The translations under genes were made by a program, and so were the position numbers. Positions 17,157 through 25,687 of a stretch of 33,435 nucleotides of DNA are shown one piece after another. How positions within the stretch are numbered: the first letter of the stretch is position 1; every line of letters begins with the position of its first letter. The DNA lies in the IMG/VR virus record IMGVR_UViG_3300044580_000097, positions 1 to 33,435 of that record; one strand, 5' to 3'. Under the pieces are notes generated by a model, which worked only from the letters and a program-made list of their open reading frames with translations, was not told the origin of the DNA and made no database searches. Source of the stretch: a virus (taxonomy: Duplodnaviria > Caudoviricetes).

Positions 17157-17585
17157 ATGAAAACATTATTTTTAGCCGTTACAAGGCAACTTAAGGAATT
17201 GGATATATTTCGACACATTGATATGGAAAAGGGGCAGCTTGACACGCGCGGTATGCGTCCACCGGTCGTGTTCCCGTGTGCCCTGGTTAAAACATCATTC
17301 ACATTCGAGGAGTATGGTGGCGGGATCAAGAACCGCGTTGGCCAGGTGCGTATCCGGGTAGCATTCGACCAGCCTGCATCCCGAACATCGTCAGAGACTG
17401 ACGTGTGGACGCGTGGACTATCACTTAACTACATAGAGAAAGCCGAACAGGTTTTCGAAGCTTTCCGCAAGTTTGAAACGCCGGAATACTCCGCCTTTGA
17501 AACCCGGGAGTTTGTGCAGGAGGATCGAAGCGATGGACTGGTGGTGATGAGGATGACGTTTCAGACGAACAGGATAGATGTGTAA
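17157..17585 (+). CDS. Tail terminator-like protein (Mu gp37-like)
   Basis: HIDMEKGQLD..RPPVVFPCALV motif; follows gpG. Confidence 0.65.
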   Translation: MKTLFLAVTRQLKELDIFRHIDMEKGQLDTRGMRPPVVFPCALVKTSFTFEEYGGGIKNRVGQVRIRVAFDQPASRTSSETDVWTRGLSLNYIEKAEQVFEAFRKFETPEYSAFETREFVQEDRSDGLVVMRMTFQTNRIDV

Positions 17586-17587
17586 TG

Positions 17588-17614
17588 AAAAAAGCCCCGA
17601 TAACGGGGCTTTTT
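17588..17614. terminator. Bidirectional intrinsic terminator
   Basis: AAAAAAGCCCCG-ATAA-CGGGGCTTTTT between convergent genes. Confidence 0.9.
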
Positions 17615-17641
17615 ATTTAAATTATATTTTCATTTAACAAG

Positions 17642-17848
17642 TTACGAGAATGTCATAAATACGGCAGTATCATTCTCCATTGAGCTAATCTCACTACATA
17701 TTTCTCCAAACTCTCTAATTGTGTCATCTTGTTCCAACACGTCACGATCTACAATGTTGTCCCTAATTGAAGGATCCTTTTGATACAAGTTCTCAATTTC
17801 CTTGAAAATTATTGAGAAGTCCCGATAACTAATGCTATTTGTACTCAT
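17642..17848 (-). CDS. Small acidic hypothetical protein, partner of SDH protease
   Basis: 68 aa, starts 11 nt after the protease stop, same AT-rich composition. Confidence 0.65.
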   Translation of the reverse strand: MSTNSISYRDFSIIFKEIENLYQKDPSIRDNIVDRDVLEQDDTIREFGEICSEISSMENDTAVFMTFS

Positions 17849-17859
17849 AATTTTAAAAT

Positions 17860-19026
17860 TTATAAAGCCACTTTCATTCCAGTTTGAGCCTCAAGCTGCA
17901 ATCTCAATGGAGTTAACATTGTTTGAGTTCCACAGCTTGGGCATATGAAGTTATCATTCTTTGGGTATGGAACTGAATGTGGTTCAATTGGTATATTTTT
18001 AATAAGATTTAACTGTATTCTGTACTTTGATGCACATTTAGGACATATAAAATCCGCGTGAGCCACTTGCGGTTTTACATCTCTTTTAATAGGAATTGCA
18101 GGCATATTTACCTGACTAATTGACTGATAAATTTGAGAATTACATGTTTCGAATATCTTGTATATGCCCGTTAAATCAAAACTCATTCTTAAAAGTGTAT
18201 AATATCTTTCAATAGCATCGTTCAATTCAGTGTCAATTGTGTAATCAAAAATTTCAAGTTTCATTTCCATCAAGTCCTTAATTCTGATTGACCTACCATG
18301 AGTTAACCAATCAGAATGCTTACAAAGTTTTGTGGCAATTTCTTCGGCTCGACATTGTTTTTGACTTTCAGTTACTAATTCACCTGTAGAGTTATGCCTT
18401 TCCCAATATTTAAACTTATATTTTGATAGCCAATTTTTAACAAGAGTTTTTGAGAAATTTTGAGCGTTCTCGAAATGTTGTATTTCACCCGGTGATATAC
18501 TTTGAAGCATAGGGATATAAGCGGGATTTAGCTTTCCGGTTTCAATCACCTCCGTTTTAATTTTTTCAAGACCGTCAATAAATGCGTCTGCAGAAAATCT
18601 TTTTCCATTACTAACAATTTGCGCATCAATTGGACCTAATGCTGACGTGTTACCCATAAGTATTTCGTCACCTGCCATTGAAAATATTGTTCCTGCACTT
18701 TTTGCTGTACCAGGAATTATAACTCCTACTTTTTCATATCTTGATCTAATCAATTCAACCATATCCTCTACTGTTTCCGCAATTCCCCCGGGAGTTTCAA
18801 TGATTATATCTACAGAATCCGTTTTTACATAACTTAATTGATCTTTAAATGGTATTAAATCCGGTGGCAATATTGAAATTGGAGCGTTAGATTTACTTGA
18901 ATCACTTGCGTAAACAACGACATCTCTTTTTCTGATTTCAGATATTTTTTTTAACTGACTTTTTCTTTCAGATGTAATTTGTTCAAAAGTCATTTTTCTA
19001 TTTATGTATTCAGAATAAATACCCAT
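17860..19026 (-). CDS. SDH-family ClpP-fold serine protease with C-terminal Zn ribbon (moron)
   Basis: ETPGG, AKSAGT (Ser), LGPIDAQ (Asp), THGRSI (His); CPKC...CPSC near C-terminus. Confidence 0.85.
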   Translation of the reverse strand: MGIYSEYINRKMTFEQITSERKSQLKKISEIRKRDVVVYASDSSKSNAPISILPPDLIPFKDQLSYVKTDSVDIIIETPGGIAETVEDMVELIRSRYEKVGVIIPGTAKSAGTIFSMAGDEILMGNTSALGPIDAQIVSNGKRFSADAFIDGLEKIKTEVIETGKLNPAYIPMLQSISPGEIQHFENAQNFSKTLVKNWLSKYKFKYWERHNSTGELVTESQKQCRAEEIATKLCKHSDWLTHGRSIRIKDLMEMKLEIFDYTIDTELNDAIERYYTLLRMSFDLTGIYKIFETCNSQIYQSISQVNMPAIPIKRDVKPQVAHADFICPKCASKYRIQLNLIKNIPIEPHSVPYPKNDNFICPSCGTQTMLTPLRLQLEAQTGMKVAL

Positions 19027-19112
19027 ACTACATTATGTTTAATGCCTATAATTATTTAACATCAATAATCACACTTTTGTTTATCCTGATTCAGCTATTT
19101 TAAAAATCGCAC

Positions 19113-19143
19113 CAAAAGTACTAAAGTATATTTAAATTTGCAA
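19113..19143 (-). promoter_or_regulatory. Bacteroidota sigma-A promoter of the protease moron
   Basis: TTG (19143-19141), 20-nt spacer, TACTTTTG (19120-19113) matching TAnnTTTG. Confidence 0.65.
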
Positions 19144-19197
19144 CACCTTAGTGATATTAATAAATTTATTATCTTTTTCATTAATTCCACAAAATTA

Positions 19198-19228
19198 AAA
19201 GGTTCTGCCCAAACCAAGCAGAACCTTT
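19198..19228 (-). terminator. Terminator ending the early/BRO operon
   Basis: Perfect 11-bp stem AAAGGTTCTGC/GCAGAACCTTT followed by T-rich sequence on minus strand. Confidence 0.7.
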
Positions 19229-19235
19229 CTATGTT

Positions 19236-19439
19236 TTACAACATCTTTTTCGCCGTTTCAAACTCCGGCATCAATTCCGATATAAAATCCGTAACCACCC
19301 AAATATCCGGTGGCAGGTTTTCAGTATTCACGTTGCGCATCAGCTCCAGCAGTACGCTATGAAGCAATTGCCAGTTCTCGATCGGATCGGCGCCGCAATT
19401 GACCTTTACCGAAAAGCTTGTATTATCAAATGTTACCAT
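19236..19439 (-). CDS. Hypothetical protein in BRO module
   Basis: MVTFDNTSFSVKV...; ATG 19439 preferred (track start 19460). Confidence 0.6.
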   Translation of the reverse strand: MVTFDNTSFSVKVNCGADPIENWQLLHSVLLELMRNVNTENLPPDIWVVTDFISELMPEFETAKKML

Positions 19440-19647
19440 CTTCAGCCTCCTTTCTCGCACACGCTTTGCAGCGAATTACTTTATACTTAAGCACGTTGTT
19501 TTGTAACACGAGCACGCCATTACGGCGATTATCACAGGCACAGTGGCAATTAAGCCGAGTGCGGTAGGCTTCCTTTGTCTGGTCGCCTGTCATCAATTCT
19601 TTGTAAAGGGTTAACTCGCTTTTGTGGTTTACGAAGATTGTTTTCAT
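19426..19647 (-). CDS. Small Cys-rich (CxCxC...CxxC) hypothetical protein
   Basis: 73 aa, ATGA overlap with BRO gene. Confidence 0.6.
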   Translation of the reverse strand: MKTIFVNHKSELTLYKELMTGDQTKEAYRTRLNCHCACDNRRNGVLVLQNNVLKYKVIRCKACARKEAEDGNI

Positions 19648-20156
19648 ACAGCATGCCCTCCCATCAATTTATTGGTAATGCTCATGCGAAGCTCGCTGTT
19701 ATCAATCCGGCACACGTCCGAAAGAATTGAAACCATACGCTCTTTGGTAATCCGGTTATGATTCCGCTTTGCCGGGAGCTGTTTAGGTGTTCCGTTGTCC
19801 TGCTCATACTTACCTGTTTTCCTTATCGCAGGAAGAACCTCACCTGTTACCCATTTTCTGAATAATTTCGCAGCTGGTTTTCGGCTCTGAAAGATCAGAT
19901 TATATAATCCGCTTTCGTTTACGAGGTTAACCTCTCTGTTTTGACCTGACCTATGTAGTACATAGGGCAGCTTTTCGTCATCATCCAACGACCTGAGTCT
20001 ATCTGTTGGATTTTGCAAGTCTAAAATCTCGCACACCTCTACGGCAATAAAATAGGGTGTGCTGTTAATTAATACCGGCGATAACTTTTTATCGCTGGCG
20101 TTGAATTTCAACGCCGGACAGTAAACTACTGCCTTTTCATTCTTGGTGTCAGTCAT
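19644..20156 (-). CDS. BRO-N domain antirepressor-like protein
   Basis: PYFIAVEVCEIL, VNESGLYNLIFQSRKPAAKLFRKWVTGEVLPAIRKTGKY; ATG 20156 (MTDTKNE). Confidence 0.9.
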   Translation of the reverse strand: MTDTKNEKAVVYCPALKFNASDKKLSPVLINSTPYFIAVEVCEILDLQNPTDRLRSLDDDEKLPYVLHRSGQNREVNLVNESGLYNLIFQSRKPAAKLFRKWVTGEVLPAIRKTGKYEQDNGTPKQLPAKRNHNRITKERMVSILSDVCRIDNSELRMSITNKLMGGHAV

Positions 20157-20257
20157 AACTTTAAGAATTTTGACAAAGAAGAAGCCCAGCGAAGGTGTGA
20201 CTGACACCAATACGCTGGGCGTAAAAGTCGCTGAGTCGTTTCCTCCTCAACCACCAT
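20153..20257 (-). CDS. 34-aa leader uORF overlapping the c4-like RNA, ATGA-coupled to BRO-N
   Basis: MVVEEETTQRLLRPAYWCQSHLRWASSLSKFLKL; its TGA overlaps the BRO ATG. Confidence 0.35.
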   Translation of the reverse strand: MVVEEETTQRLLRPAYWCQSHLRWASSLSKFLKL

Positions 20258-20267
20258 GCCGGGCTTC
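20181..20267 (-). ncRNA. c4/CI-like antisense RNA in BRO leader
   Basis: 10-bp closing stem GAAGCCCGGC/GCUGGGCUUC; internal element complementary to both the 5' leader (20315-20328) and the BRO start (20143-20155). Confidence 0.6.
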
Positions 20268-20333
20268 CCTTTATCCTGTTTAAAAAATTGTTTTGATTTT
20301 TTGCCCAAGATATGTATTGATATCAGTCGAGGG

Positions 20334-20341
20334 CAAAAGTA
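20334..20341 (-). promoter_or_regulatory. -7 promoter box for BRO module
   Basis: TACTTTTG matches TAnnTTTG. Confidence 0.6.
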
Positions 20342-20436
20342 AAAAAAGTTTTTGAATAAATGATTGTTTTAAGAAAAATAAACCGATACAGTCGCTAACA
20401 CTTCACACCGGCAACTTTGCAGCCGGTATTGCGGTG

Positions 20437-20721
20437 TTACTTAGTTGCTTTTTTAATTGCAGATTCTGCCCGATCGATAAACGGTTTAATCGCTGATGAT
20501 GTCACTGCTTTCATTGCCGTTACGGCACCCTCCAGTGCTACCAGTAATTCCGGAGCCGCTGCCGCAAGTTTAGCGTTAGCCTTTGCCGTATCTTCCTTTA
20601 TTGAACTAAATGCATCATAAGATAGCACATTATCATCTTCGTAATAAGGGCCATCTTGAATAATAAATGAATCCGCATATTCTACTGGGTACCAAGGTCC
20701 CGGTGTGTGTTTTATTGCCAT
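20437..20721 (-). CDS. Conserved phage hypothetical protein (KHTPGPW...ANAKLAAAAPELL type)
   Basis: Recognisable phage motif pair; ATG 20721 preferred. Confidence 0.7.
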   Translation of the reverse strand: MAIKHTPGPWYPVEYADSFIIQDGPYYEDDNVLSYDAFSSIKEDTAKANAKLAAAAPELLVALEGAVTAMKAVTSSAIKPFIDRAESAIKKATK

Positions 20722-20734
20722 TTTTTGTTCTGTT

Positions 20735-20887
20735 TTATTGAGTTCTAAACCTTTTCCTTCCACTTGTTTTCCTTCGGTTATTGCCTCCTTTGCGCTGCTT
20801 GCGAAATCGCCCATCTTCATCGTAATAATCAAGGTCAGGGATTACAATGGTGTTGCCCTTCCCGTCTGTTTTTGTTGTTGTTCTCAT
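20735..20887 (-). CDS. 50-aa basic hypothetical protein
   Basis: Read manually: MRTTTKTDGKGNTIVIPDLDYYDEDGRFRKQRKGGNNRRKTSGRKRFRTQ; fills the gap exactly. Confidence 0.5.
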   Translation of the reverse strand: MRTTTKTDGKGNTIVIPDLDYYDEDGRFRKQRKGGNNRRKTSGRKRFRTQ

Positions 20888-20896
20888 TTTTTTGAT

Positions 20897-21484
20897 TTAA
20901 TAATAATTCACAATCCTATTCCCGTGTCCGGATATTGGTGACAATCCATACTTTTTGCGAAGACGTTCCCGCCTGAAAAGCTCACGCATTGTAATACTTG
21001 CCTTTTGGCGATTATGATTTCGCAGCGCGTTTTCTCTTCTTGTAATTATCTCGAGATTTTCAATCCTGAAGTCCCGCTTATCGCCATTTTTAAAGGTCAC
21101 TATCAGGTCATCGGCCAGCGGTCCGTTTATTTGCTCCCATAGATACCGGTGATATTGCACCCACTTGTTTTCAGCCACCCTAATCCACAGATACCCATCC
21201 GCCCGCTCTGTTATTGCGCCATCAAAGGTGGTGTTGTGCGGCTTATTCCCCTTTTTAAACTGGGTTTCAACCCCTCCATAGTTAATTCCCTTGAGTCCCT
21301 TATTAAAAGGAGTGTGACCGCGTTCAAAATGTCCCGTTCGGCCACTTTTTATTTTATAACGAATGGTGGCACCCATAACAGATTGCGTGCTCCTGCCAAG
21401 CACTCGGGCACATTCTTCAGCAGATTTAGTCTTGTACAAGATTCTAAGCTGCTCAATTTCTTGTAGACTCCACTTTTTCAACAT
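20897..21484 (-). CDS. HNH endonuclease-like protein with NUMOD3-like repeats
   Basis: FERGHTPFNKG / FKKGNKPHN repeats; HRYLWEQING..FKNGDKRDFRIENL..EN..RN (degenerate HNH). Confidence 0.75.
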   Translation of the reverse strand: MLKKWSLQEIEQLRILYKTKSAEECARVLGRSTQSVMGATIRYKIKSGRTGHFERGHTPFNKGLKGINYGGVETQFKKGNKPHNTTFDGAITERADGYLWIRVAENKWVQYHRYLWEQINGPLADDLIVTFKNGDKRDFRIENLEIITRRENALRNHNRQKASITMRELFRRERLRKKYGLSPISGHGNRIVNYY

Positions 21485-21513
21485 AATTAGAATAATTTTA
21501 ATGTCTTATTTTT

Positions 21514-21783
21514 TCAATACTCAAAAGGCCTTCTGTTCACTCTAAACTCAACCAGCAAATCAATTAGTTCCTGTTTACCAACTTGCATGCCTCCCCGAGC
21601 TTCTATCCAATCCCAAAGGTTTTTATCTCTTAGAAAATCTATTGCTTTGCTTTGAAGTACCTTCCGCGCAACAAGATACGCCTCCTGTTTTTTTTCTTCA
21701 TAACAAGTAGGGCAGAACGGCCCCCCAGGGGCATTGTAGCACCCCCCTGTTATTATTTTTTCGCATTTATTGCACTTCATCAT
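21514..21783 (-). CDS. Hypothetical Zn-finger protein
   Basis: CNKC...CPTC N-terminus. Confidence 0.6.
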   Translation of the reverse strand: MMKCNKCEKIITGGCYNAPGGPFCPTCYEEKKQEAYLVARKVLQSKAIDFLRDKNLWDWIEARGGMQVGKQELIDLLVEFRVNRRPFEY

Positions 21784-21784
21784 A

Positions 21785-21952
21785 TCAGAGTAGTTTTAAC
21801 TTATTATATAACCAAAATCCAGGCGCGTAAAAATCAGCGAATAGATTTTTATTACCACTTTCAAAAGACAGGAATTCGACCATGGAGATATATTTTACAA
21901 AATAATATTCATCATTAATTAATTCATACACTATATATCTGTAATCGTCCAT
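21785..21952 (-). CDS. 55-aa aromatic-rich hypothetical protein
   Basis: Read manually: MDDYRYIVYELINDEYYFVKYISM...; fits between neighbours with 1-2 nt gaps. Confidence 0.5.
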   Translation of the reverse strand: MDDYRYIVYELINDEYYFVKYISMVEFLSFESGNKNLFADFYAPGFWLYNKLKLL

Positions 21953-21954
21953 CT

Positions 21955-22188
21955 TTAAAATAATTTTAATTGCCTTTTATCTTCTTTTTTTGAATCTGAC
22001 TCCACCGTAATATCAATGCTAAGGTAACGAAAAAATGTACGTTCGCTCATCGGATAAACTTTCGAAACAATATGCCTGAAAACCCACCGCTTGCACCTGT
22101 CGTGCCGGCCGGCTTCGTAGTGCTCAGCGGTCAGATCCTGAACCATCTTAGCACGCAGTAACATATTCTTTCGTGAGCCCTGTGACAT
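21955..22188 (-). CDS. Small HTH DNA-binding protein, candidate late activator
   Basis: C-terminal YPMSERTFFRYL HTH-like; position near end of early region. Confidence 0.6.
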   Translation of the reverse strand: MSQGSRKNMLLRAKMVQDLTAEHYEAGRHDRCKRWVFRHIVSKVYPMSERTFFRYLSIDITVESDSKKEDKRQLKLF

Positions 22189-22542
22189 TTATTTCATTTT
22201 GTCGATTATCATTTCTGCAATTTCCCACCAATCTGTTGGCAGCGGTACCAAACCCTTGTCGTCGACATACACATCCGCAAATATCTTGCGTGTGTCCCTT
22301 CCGCCATACTGTTTGACATTATTTGGGCAGCTCTCATTAATATAGTGATATTTTATCCCTGTTTTAGCCAGCCATTCAACCGCCCTGGCAAGTTCAATGC
22401 CAGTGCGGGATGTCCAAATGATAATTGTATTTCCTTCTTCGTAAAATGAATTAATAACCGGCTTTGCCCCGGGGATCATCTCGCCGATGTCAGGAAAACG
22501 ATCCCGAACGATTGTGCCATCAAAATCAATTGCTATAATCAT
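22189..22542 (-). CDS. HAD-superfamily phosphatase (capless)
   Basis: IAIDFDGTI, WTSR, RKIFADVYVDDK motifs. Confidence 0.88.
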   Translation of the reverse strand: MIIAIDFDGTIVRDRFPDIGEMIPGAKPVINSFYEEGNTIIIWTSRTGIELARAVEWLAKTGIKYHYINESCPNNVKQYGGRDTRKIFADVYVDDKGLVPLPTDWWEIAEMIIDKMK

Positions 22543-22546
22543 ACTA

Positions 22547-22738
22547 CTACCAGCCTATTTTTTTTGAAATTTCCGGGGTAAATCCCCCAAAATGCTTAAA
22601 CAACCTATCAGAAAAATATTGAGAAATCGGGTTTGTGTTGTCAAACCATTCTGGTTTTCCGCTTCCAAACCTCCAGTGCCTACATAACTCCTCATGAGAT
22701 AGCATGTCTATTTCTTTTTTTAAATCTTCAATGTCCAT
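22547..22738 (-). CDS. Hypothetical phage protein
   Basis: 63 aa, tight operon packing. Confidence 0.65.
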   Translation of the reverse strand: MDIEDLKKEIDMLSHEELCRHWRFGSGKPEWFDNTNPISQYFSDRLFKHFGGFTPEISKKIGW

Positions 22739-22743
22739 GTTGC

Positions 22744-23118
22744 TTAATTAATAAAATACTTATTTTTAATGAATAAATTCAAGTCTTCCGCTGTCTTGTT
22801 GCTAATCACACAGCTGTATTTTGACTCCCCGCGCTGGAGTAGTTGCTTTTCACATATCGCACCCCGCTCCGGAGCAACGACAAACACTATTTTGTACTGC
22901 ATTGCACCAACGCCACTGGTACGCGTATCGTCAAAAACATAACCTTCACTAAGGAAATCTCCATCCGTGTCGTTAATCACAGCACGTCCAATGCATTTCC
23001 AGGCATCCGGGACAATCAGCTTTGAAAAGAACTCGTCGATGATCCGTCGCAGTTCCTCGGGTGTGCGGTTCTGACGACGGCCCCAGGTTGCTTTACTTCT
23101 AACCGGCTGTTCCATCAC
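22744..23118 (-). CDS. Hypothetical phage protein
   Basis: 124 aa, overlaps upstream stop. Confidence 0.6.
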   Translation of the reverse strand: MMEQPVRSKATWGRRQNRTPEELRRIIDEFFSKLIVPDAWKCIGRAVINDTDGDFLSEGYVFDDTRTSGVGAMQYKIVFVVAPERGAICEKQLLQRGESKYSCVISNKTAEDLNLFIKNKYFIN

Positions 23119-23486
23119 GCGAAATGAAAGCTTTGAAGCTGATCTTCCATTGCAACACGTACCTGTTTAATCGCATTTTCACGCCCTTTTAGGCTTTCGA
23201 TGTAATCAACTACCTCCTGACGGCTTGAAGCTATATAATAGCCCTTACTCGAAGCTATAAGCCGTGGTATCATGTTCTTATTGCGGATGTAGTTGATAAT
23301 CTTCCTAACCCGCGCCTCGTTGGTTTTAATTGCCAGGTTACGCTCAAGTCCGGCAACTATTTGTTTATTTGTAACCGCCATTCCTGCACCTTGTTTTGTC
23401 AACAATCCGGAACGGATGGCCGGCAACACCTGCTGAAGTTCATAATCAGTCAGGTCGTGTGTTTCGTTTTCAAATCCTGTTAGCAT
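23115..23486 (-). CDS. Winged-helix DNA-binding protein
   Basis: EARVRKIINYIR...IASSKGYY pattern. Confidence 0.65.
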   Translation of the reverse strand: MLTGFENETHDLTDYELQQVLPAIRSGLLTKQGAGMAVTNKQIVAGLERNLAIKTNEARVRKIINYIRNKNMIPRLIASSKGYYIASSRQEVVDYIESLKGRENAIKQVRVAMEDQLQSFHFA

Positions 23487-23540
23487 AGCTTTTTGTTTTA
23501 GTTCCCCCGGATCCTTATCAGGGATGCGCGGGGGTATTTG

Positions 23541-23969
23541 TTATGATTTGTATTTAAAAATCTCAAGGAGCGGAGTCTCTGTAATAGAAACTACATACCA
23601 GTCAGCCATTGACCCTTTCATTCCTTCCTTGATTGTGTTCAAGGCATCCTGAATATCGTTCCCCTGCGCCAGCATTGTAACAGGTGATTTTTTTTCAATT
23701 CCGCGCTCTTCATCAAGTGTGATGTAATTTACCTTTGCGCGATAAAATTTGTCTGCATTTTCGTTATAGAAAACCTCAGCAATTATGCGACGGCTAACTT
23801 TTTTTACTGAAAACTCACCAGACATGAAAGGTTTCATTTCTTCAATAATTCTGTTCTCTGCCTCAGCATGAGAAAGGGCGTCAACAAGGTAATGTTCAGT
23901 TGTTGTAATTACCTTACCCTCTTCAGATGTTTTGTCGTATTTTACGACTGTTTCAAACCAGTTGTACAT
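23541..23969 (-). CDS. DUF4494-like protein
   Basis: WFETVVKYDK..EHYLVDALSHAEAE duplicated fold typical of Bacteroidota. Confidence 0.8.
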   Translation of the reverse strand: MYNWFETVVKYDKTSEEGKVITTTEHYLVDALSHAEAENRIIEEMKPFMSGEFSVKKVSRRIIAEVFYNENADKFYRAKVNYITLDEERGIEKKSPVTMLAQGNDIQDALNTIKEGMKGSMADWYVVSITETPLLEIFKYKS

Positions 23970-24001
23970 GTTGTTTTGATTTATACCCGTGTGGGTGGTT
24001 G

Positions 24002-24616
24002 TTAAATATTAGACAGATTCAGCTCTACAGCCTCATGTTTGTCTCCTTCCTCTTTTACCCATATACGGTAATACGTTTTTGAATCCGGGCGACGGATTGC
24101 CTGCTGGATGAGTCGGCAGGCATCCGAGAAAAGCGGGTGATTTACCTTAACCTCGTAGCGCGTGAGCGGCGTAATCTTTTTAGGATCCAGTTTGCCGTTA
24201 CGCGTTTCAAAAGCTGTCATGATCATTTCTTTCGCAAAGTCAAATTTGCTCTCGATAGCTTCCCGAAGGAATAAGTCCAATTTCTCTTTAGCTGCCGCGA
24301 TGGTCAAGTCGTCAAATTTCATTGGCTCCGAAATAGAGCGCTCGATTTTAATCGACCGGTCGAAATTGAAGAATGTAAGGTTACCCTTGAAGTTCTCCGT
24401 ATTCACACCCAGTTCGCCCAGGCTGACCTCCTCCATCTCGTCGCAGGCATCCTTTAACTCTTCTTTAAACGCTTTTAAACGCCCGTTTAAATCCTGTGCT
24501 TTTTTCAGCAGCATCGCTGTTTTTTTCTCGCGGATCTTCTCCGCCCTGGTTATCCGGTTAGCCGGAATCTGAACGCCGTTTTCGTCCGTCCAGAAGTTTT
24601 CTTTTGTCTGTACCAT
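24002..24616 (-). CDS. DUF3164-like Mu-like early protein
   Basis: WTDENG, KGNLTFFNFD, SKTYYRIW motifs; early-operon position. Confidence 0.75.
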   Translation of the reverse strand: MVQTKENFWTDENGVQIPANRITRAEKIREKKTAMLLKKAQDLNGRLKAFKEELKDACDEMEEVSLGELGVNTENFKGNLTFFNFDRSIKIERSISEPMKFDDLTIAAAKEKLDLFLREAIESKFDFAKEMIMTAFETRNGKLDPKKITPLTRYEVKVNHPLFSDACRLIQQAIRRPDSKTYYRIWVKEEGDKHEAVELNLSNI

Positions 24617-24617
24617 A

Positions 24618-24965
24618 TCAATTGATTAATAAAATTATTACTGTCGTCCAAAATGCCAGGCAAAACAACACAAGTGGCCATATTGACTTTTTACCCGCCG
24701 GATCATCGATTAGTTCAATCTCCATATCTGCAATGTCATCCGTAACGTCTTGGAACACTTTGTTGTCGCAGTTAACCGATACGGGAATATGACATCCTAT
24801 ACTGCGTGTTTTTTCGTGGAAGAAACAGCAACCCGCGCAGCTGTATTGATCTGTTGCAATAGCCTTATAAATACGCCCTTCAAGTTTTATAAAACTGCCC
24901 GTACTTGGATTTGCTGTTTTCTTTTCATCCGGTACTTCTACCGTGATTTTAATTGATTTTTCCAT
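24618..24965 (-). CDS. Hypothetical protein with Cys cluster and C-terminal TM
   Basis: CAGCCF..C..C; IWPLVLFCLAFWTTVIILLIN. Confidence 0.6.
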   Translation of the reverse strand: MEKSIKITVEVPDEKKTANPSTGSFIKLEGRIYKAIATDQYSCAGCCFFHEKTRSIGCHIPVSVNCDNKVFQDVTDDIADMEIELIDDPAGKKSIWPLVLFCLAFWTTVIILLIN

Positions 24966-24969
24966 CTGA

Positions 24970-25227
24970 TTATCTATTGTTGATTAATGAGGTTAATGAA
25001 ATTTCCTTATAGCCTCCCGGATTTGGAACGGCGCACCTGCTCCGTTCAAATTGAAGCATTTTTACTTCCATATTGTGAATTGCGGCAGATATACGCTCCC
25101 GATCCTTTAGCGTGTCAGCACTCAGATACTCATCGTACAGGTCAGAAAGCTTGCTTTCAAGTTCTAATTTGCCAGGGTTTAGCTTTGCCTCGGCAGTTTC
25201 TCTCTCGCGATAATACTTAGATCCCAT
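24970..25227 (-). CDS. Hypothetical protein
   Basis: 85 aa, operon packing. Confidence 0.6.
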   Translation of the reverse strand: MGSKYYRERETAEAKLNPGKLELESKLSDLYDEYLSADTLKDRERISAAIHNMEVKMLQFERSRCAVPNPGGYKEISLTSLINNR

Positions 25228-25234
25228 CCTGCAA

Positions 25235-25687
25235 TTAGTTTAAACTTGTTATTTCCTTCAAACGCTCACGTGTCATCTCCTGCACGTTCTCAAGATCCCG
25301 TCTCATCTTTGTGAAGGCCGCATAAAGCGATCGCAAACGGTCGTTAGGTATCCGGTTAAACTGCTGCATACAGGCTGCGCGGCATGCTATTGCTTTTATC
25401 TCCTCGATCGAAGGTGCAGCGCCGCCCATTGCCTGCCGGTAGGAGCTGATAGCAGCTATAAGCCGTTTGCGAAGCTTGTCGGCTTCGGCCACCTCCGGAT
25501 TGGCCATCTTGTCGATTTTACTACAAAGCTCCGTGAGCTCGTAAACTGTTAATTCCTTAGAACTTTCCACTCCATAGCCGGAAAGAAGCGAGTACTTCTC
25601 GTCGTTACCAAGCCCGGCCTTACCAAGCAGCGCGTGAAACTTCTTTATCAGCTGCGTTTTTTGTTTGTCCATAAATGTTGTTGCCAT
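25235..25687 (-). CDS. GemA/Mu gp16-like protein
   Basis: LIKKFHALLGKAG..YGVESSKELT..EL, FNRIPNDRLRSLY. Confidence 0.65.
   Translation of the reverse strand: MATTFMDKQKTQLIKKFHALLGKAGLGNDEKYSLLSGYGVESSKELTVYELTELCSKIDKMANPEVAEADKLRKRLIAAISSYRQAMGGAAPSIEEIKAIACRAACMQQFNRIPNDRLRSLYAAFTKMRRDLENVQEMTRERLKEITSLN

Noticed and set aside
20157-20210. Track N-terminal extension of BRO-N (and similar extensions at 11086, 20832, 27241, 30331)
   Set aside because: Non-ATG or overlapping starts running through regulatory DNA or neighbouring genes; downstream ATGs fit better
23503-23535. GC-rich hairpin between DUF4494 and winged-helix genes as a terminator
   Set aside because: Imperfect stem with no U-tract on the coding strand; function cannot be supported
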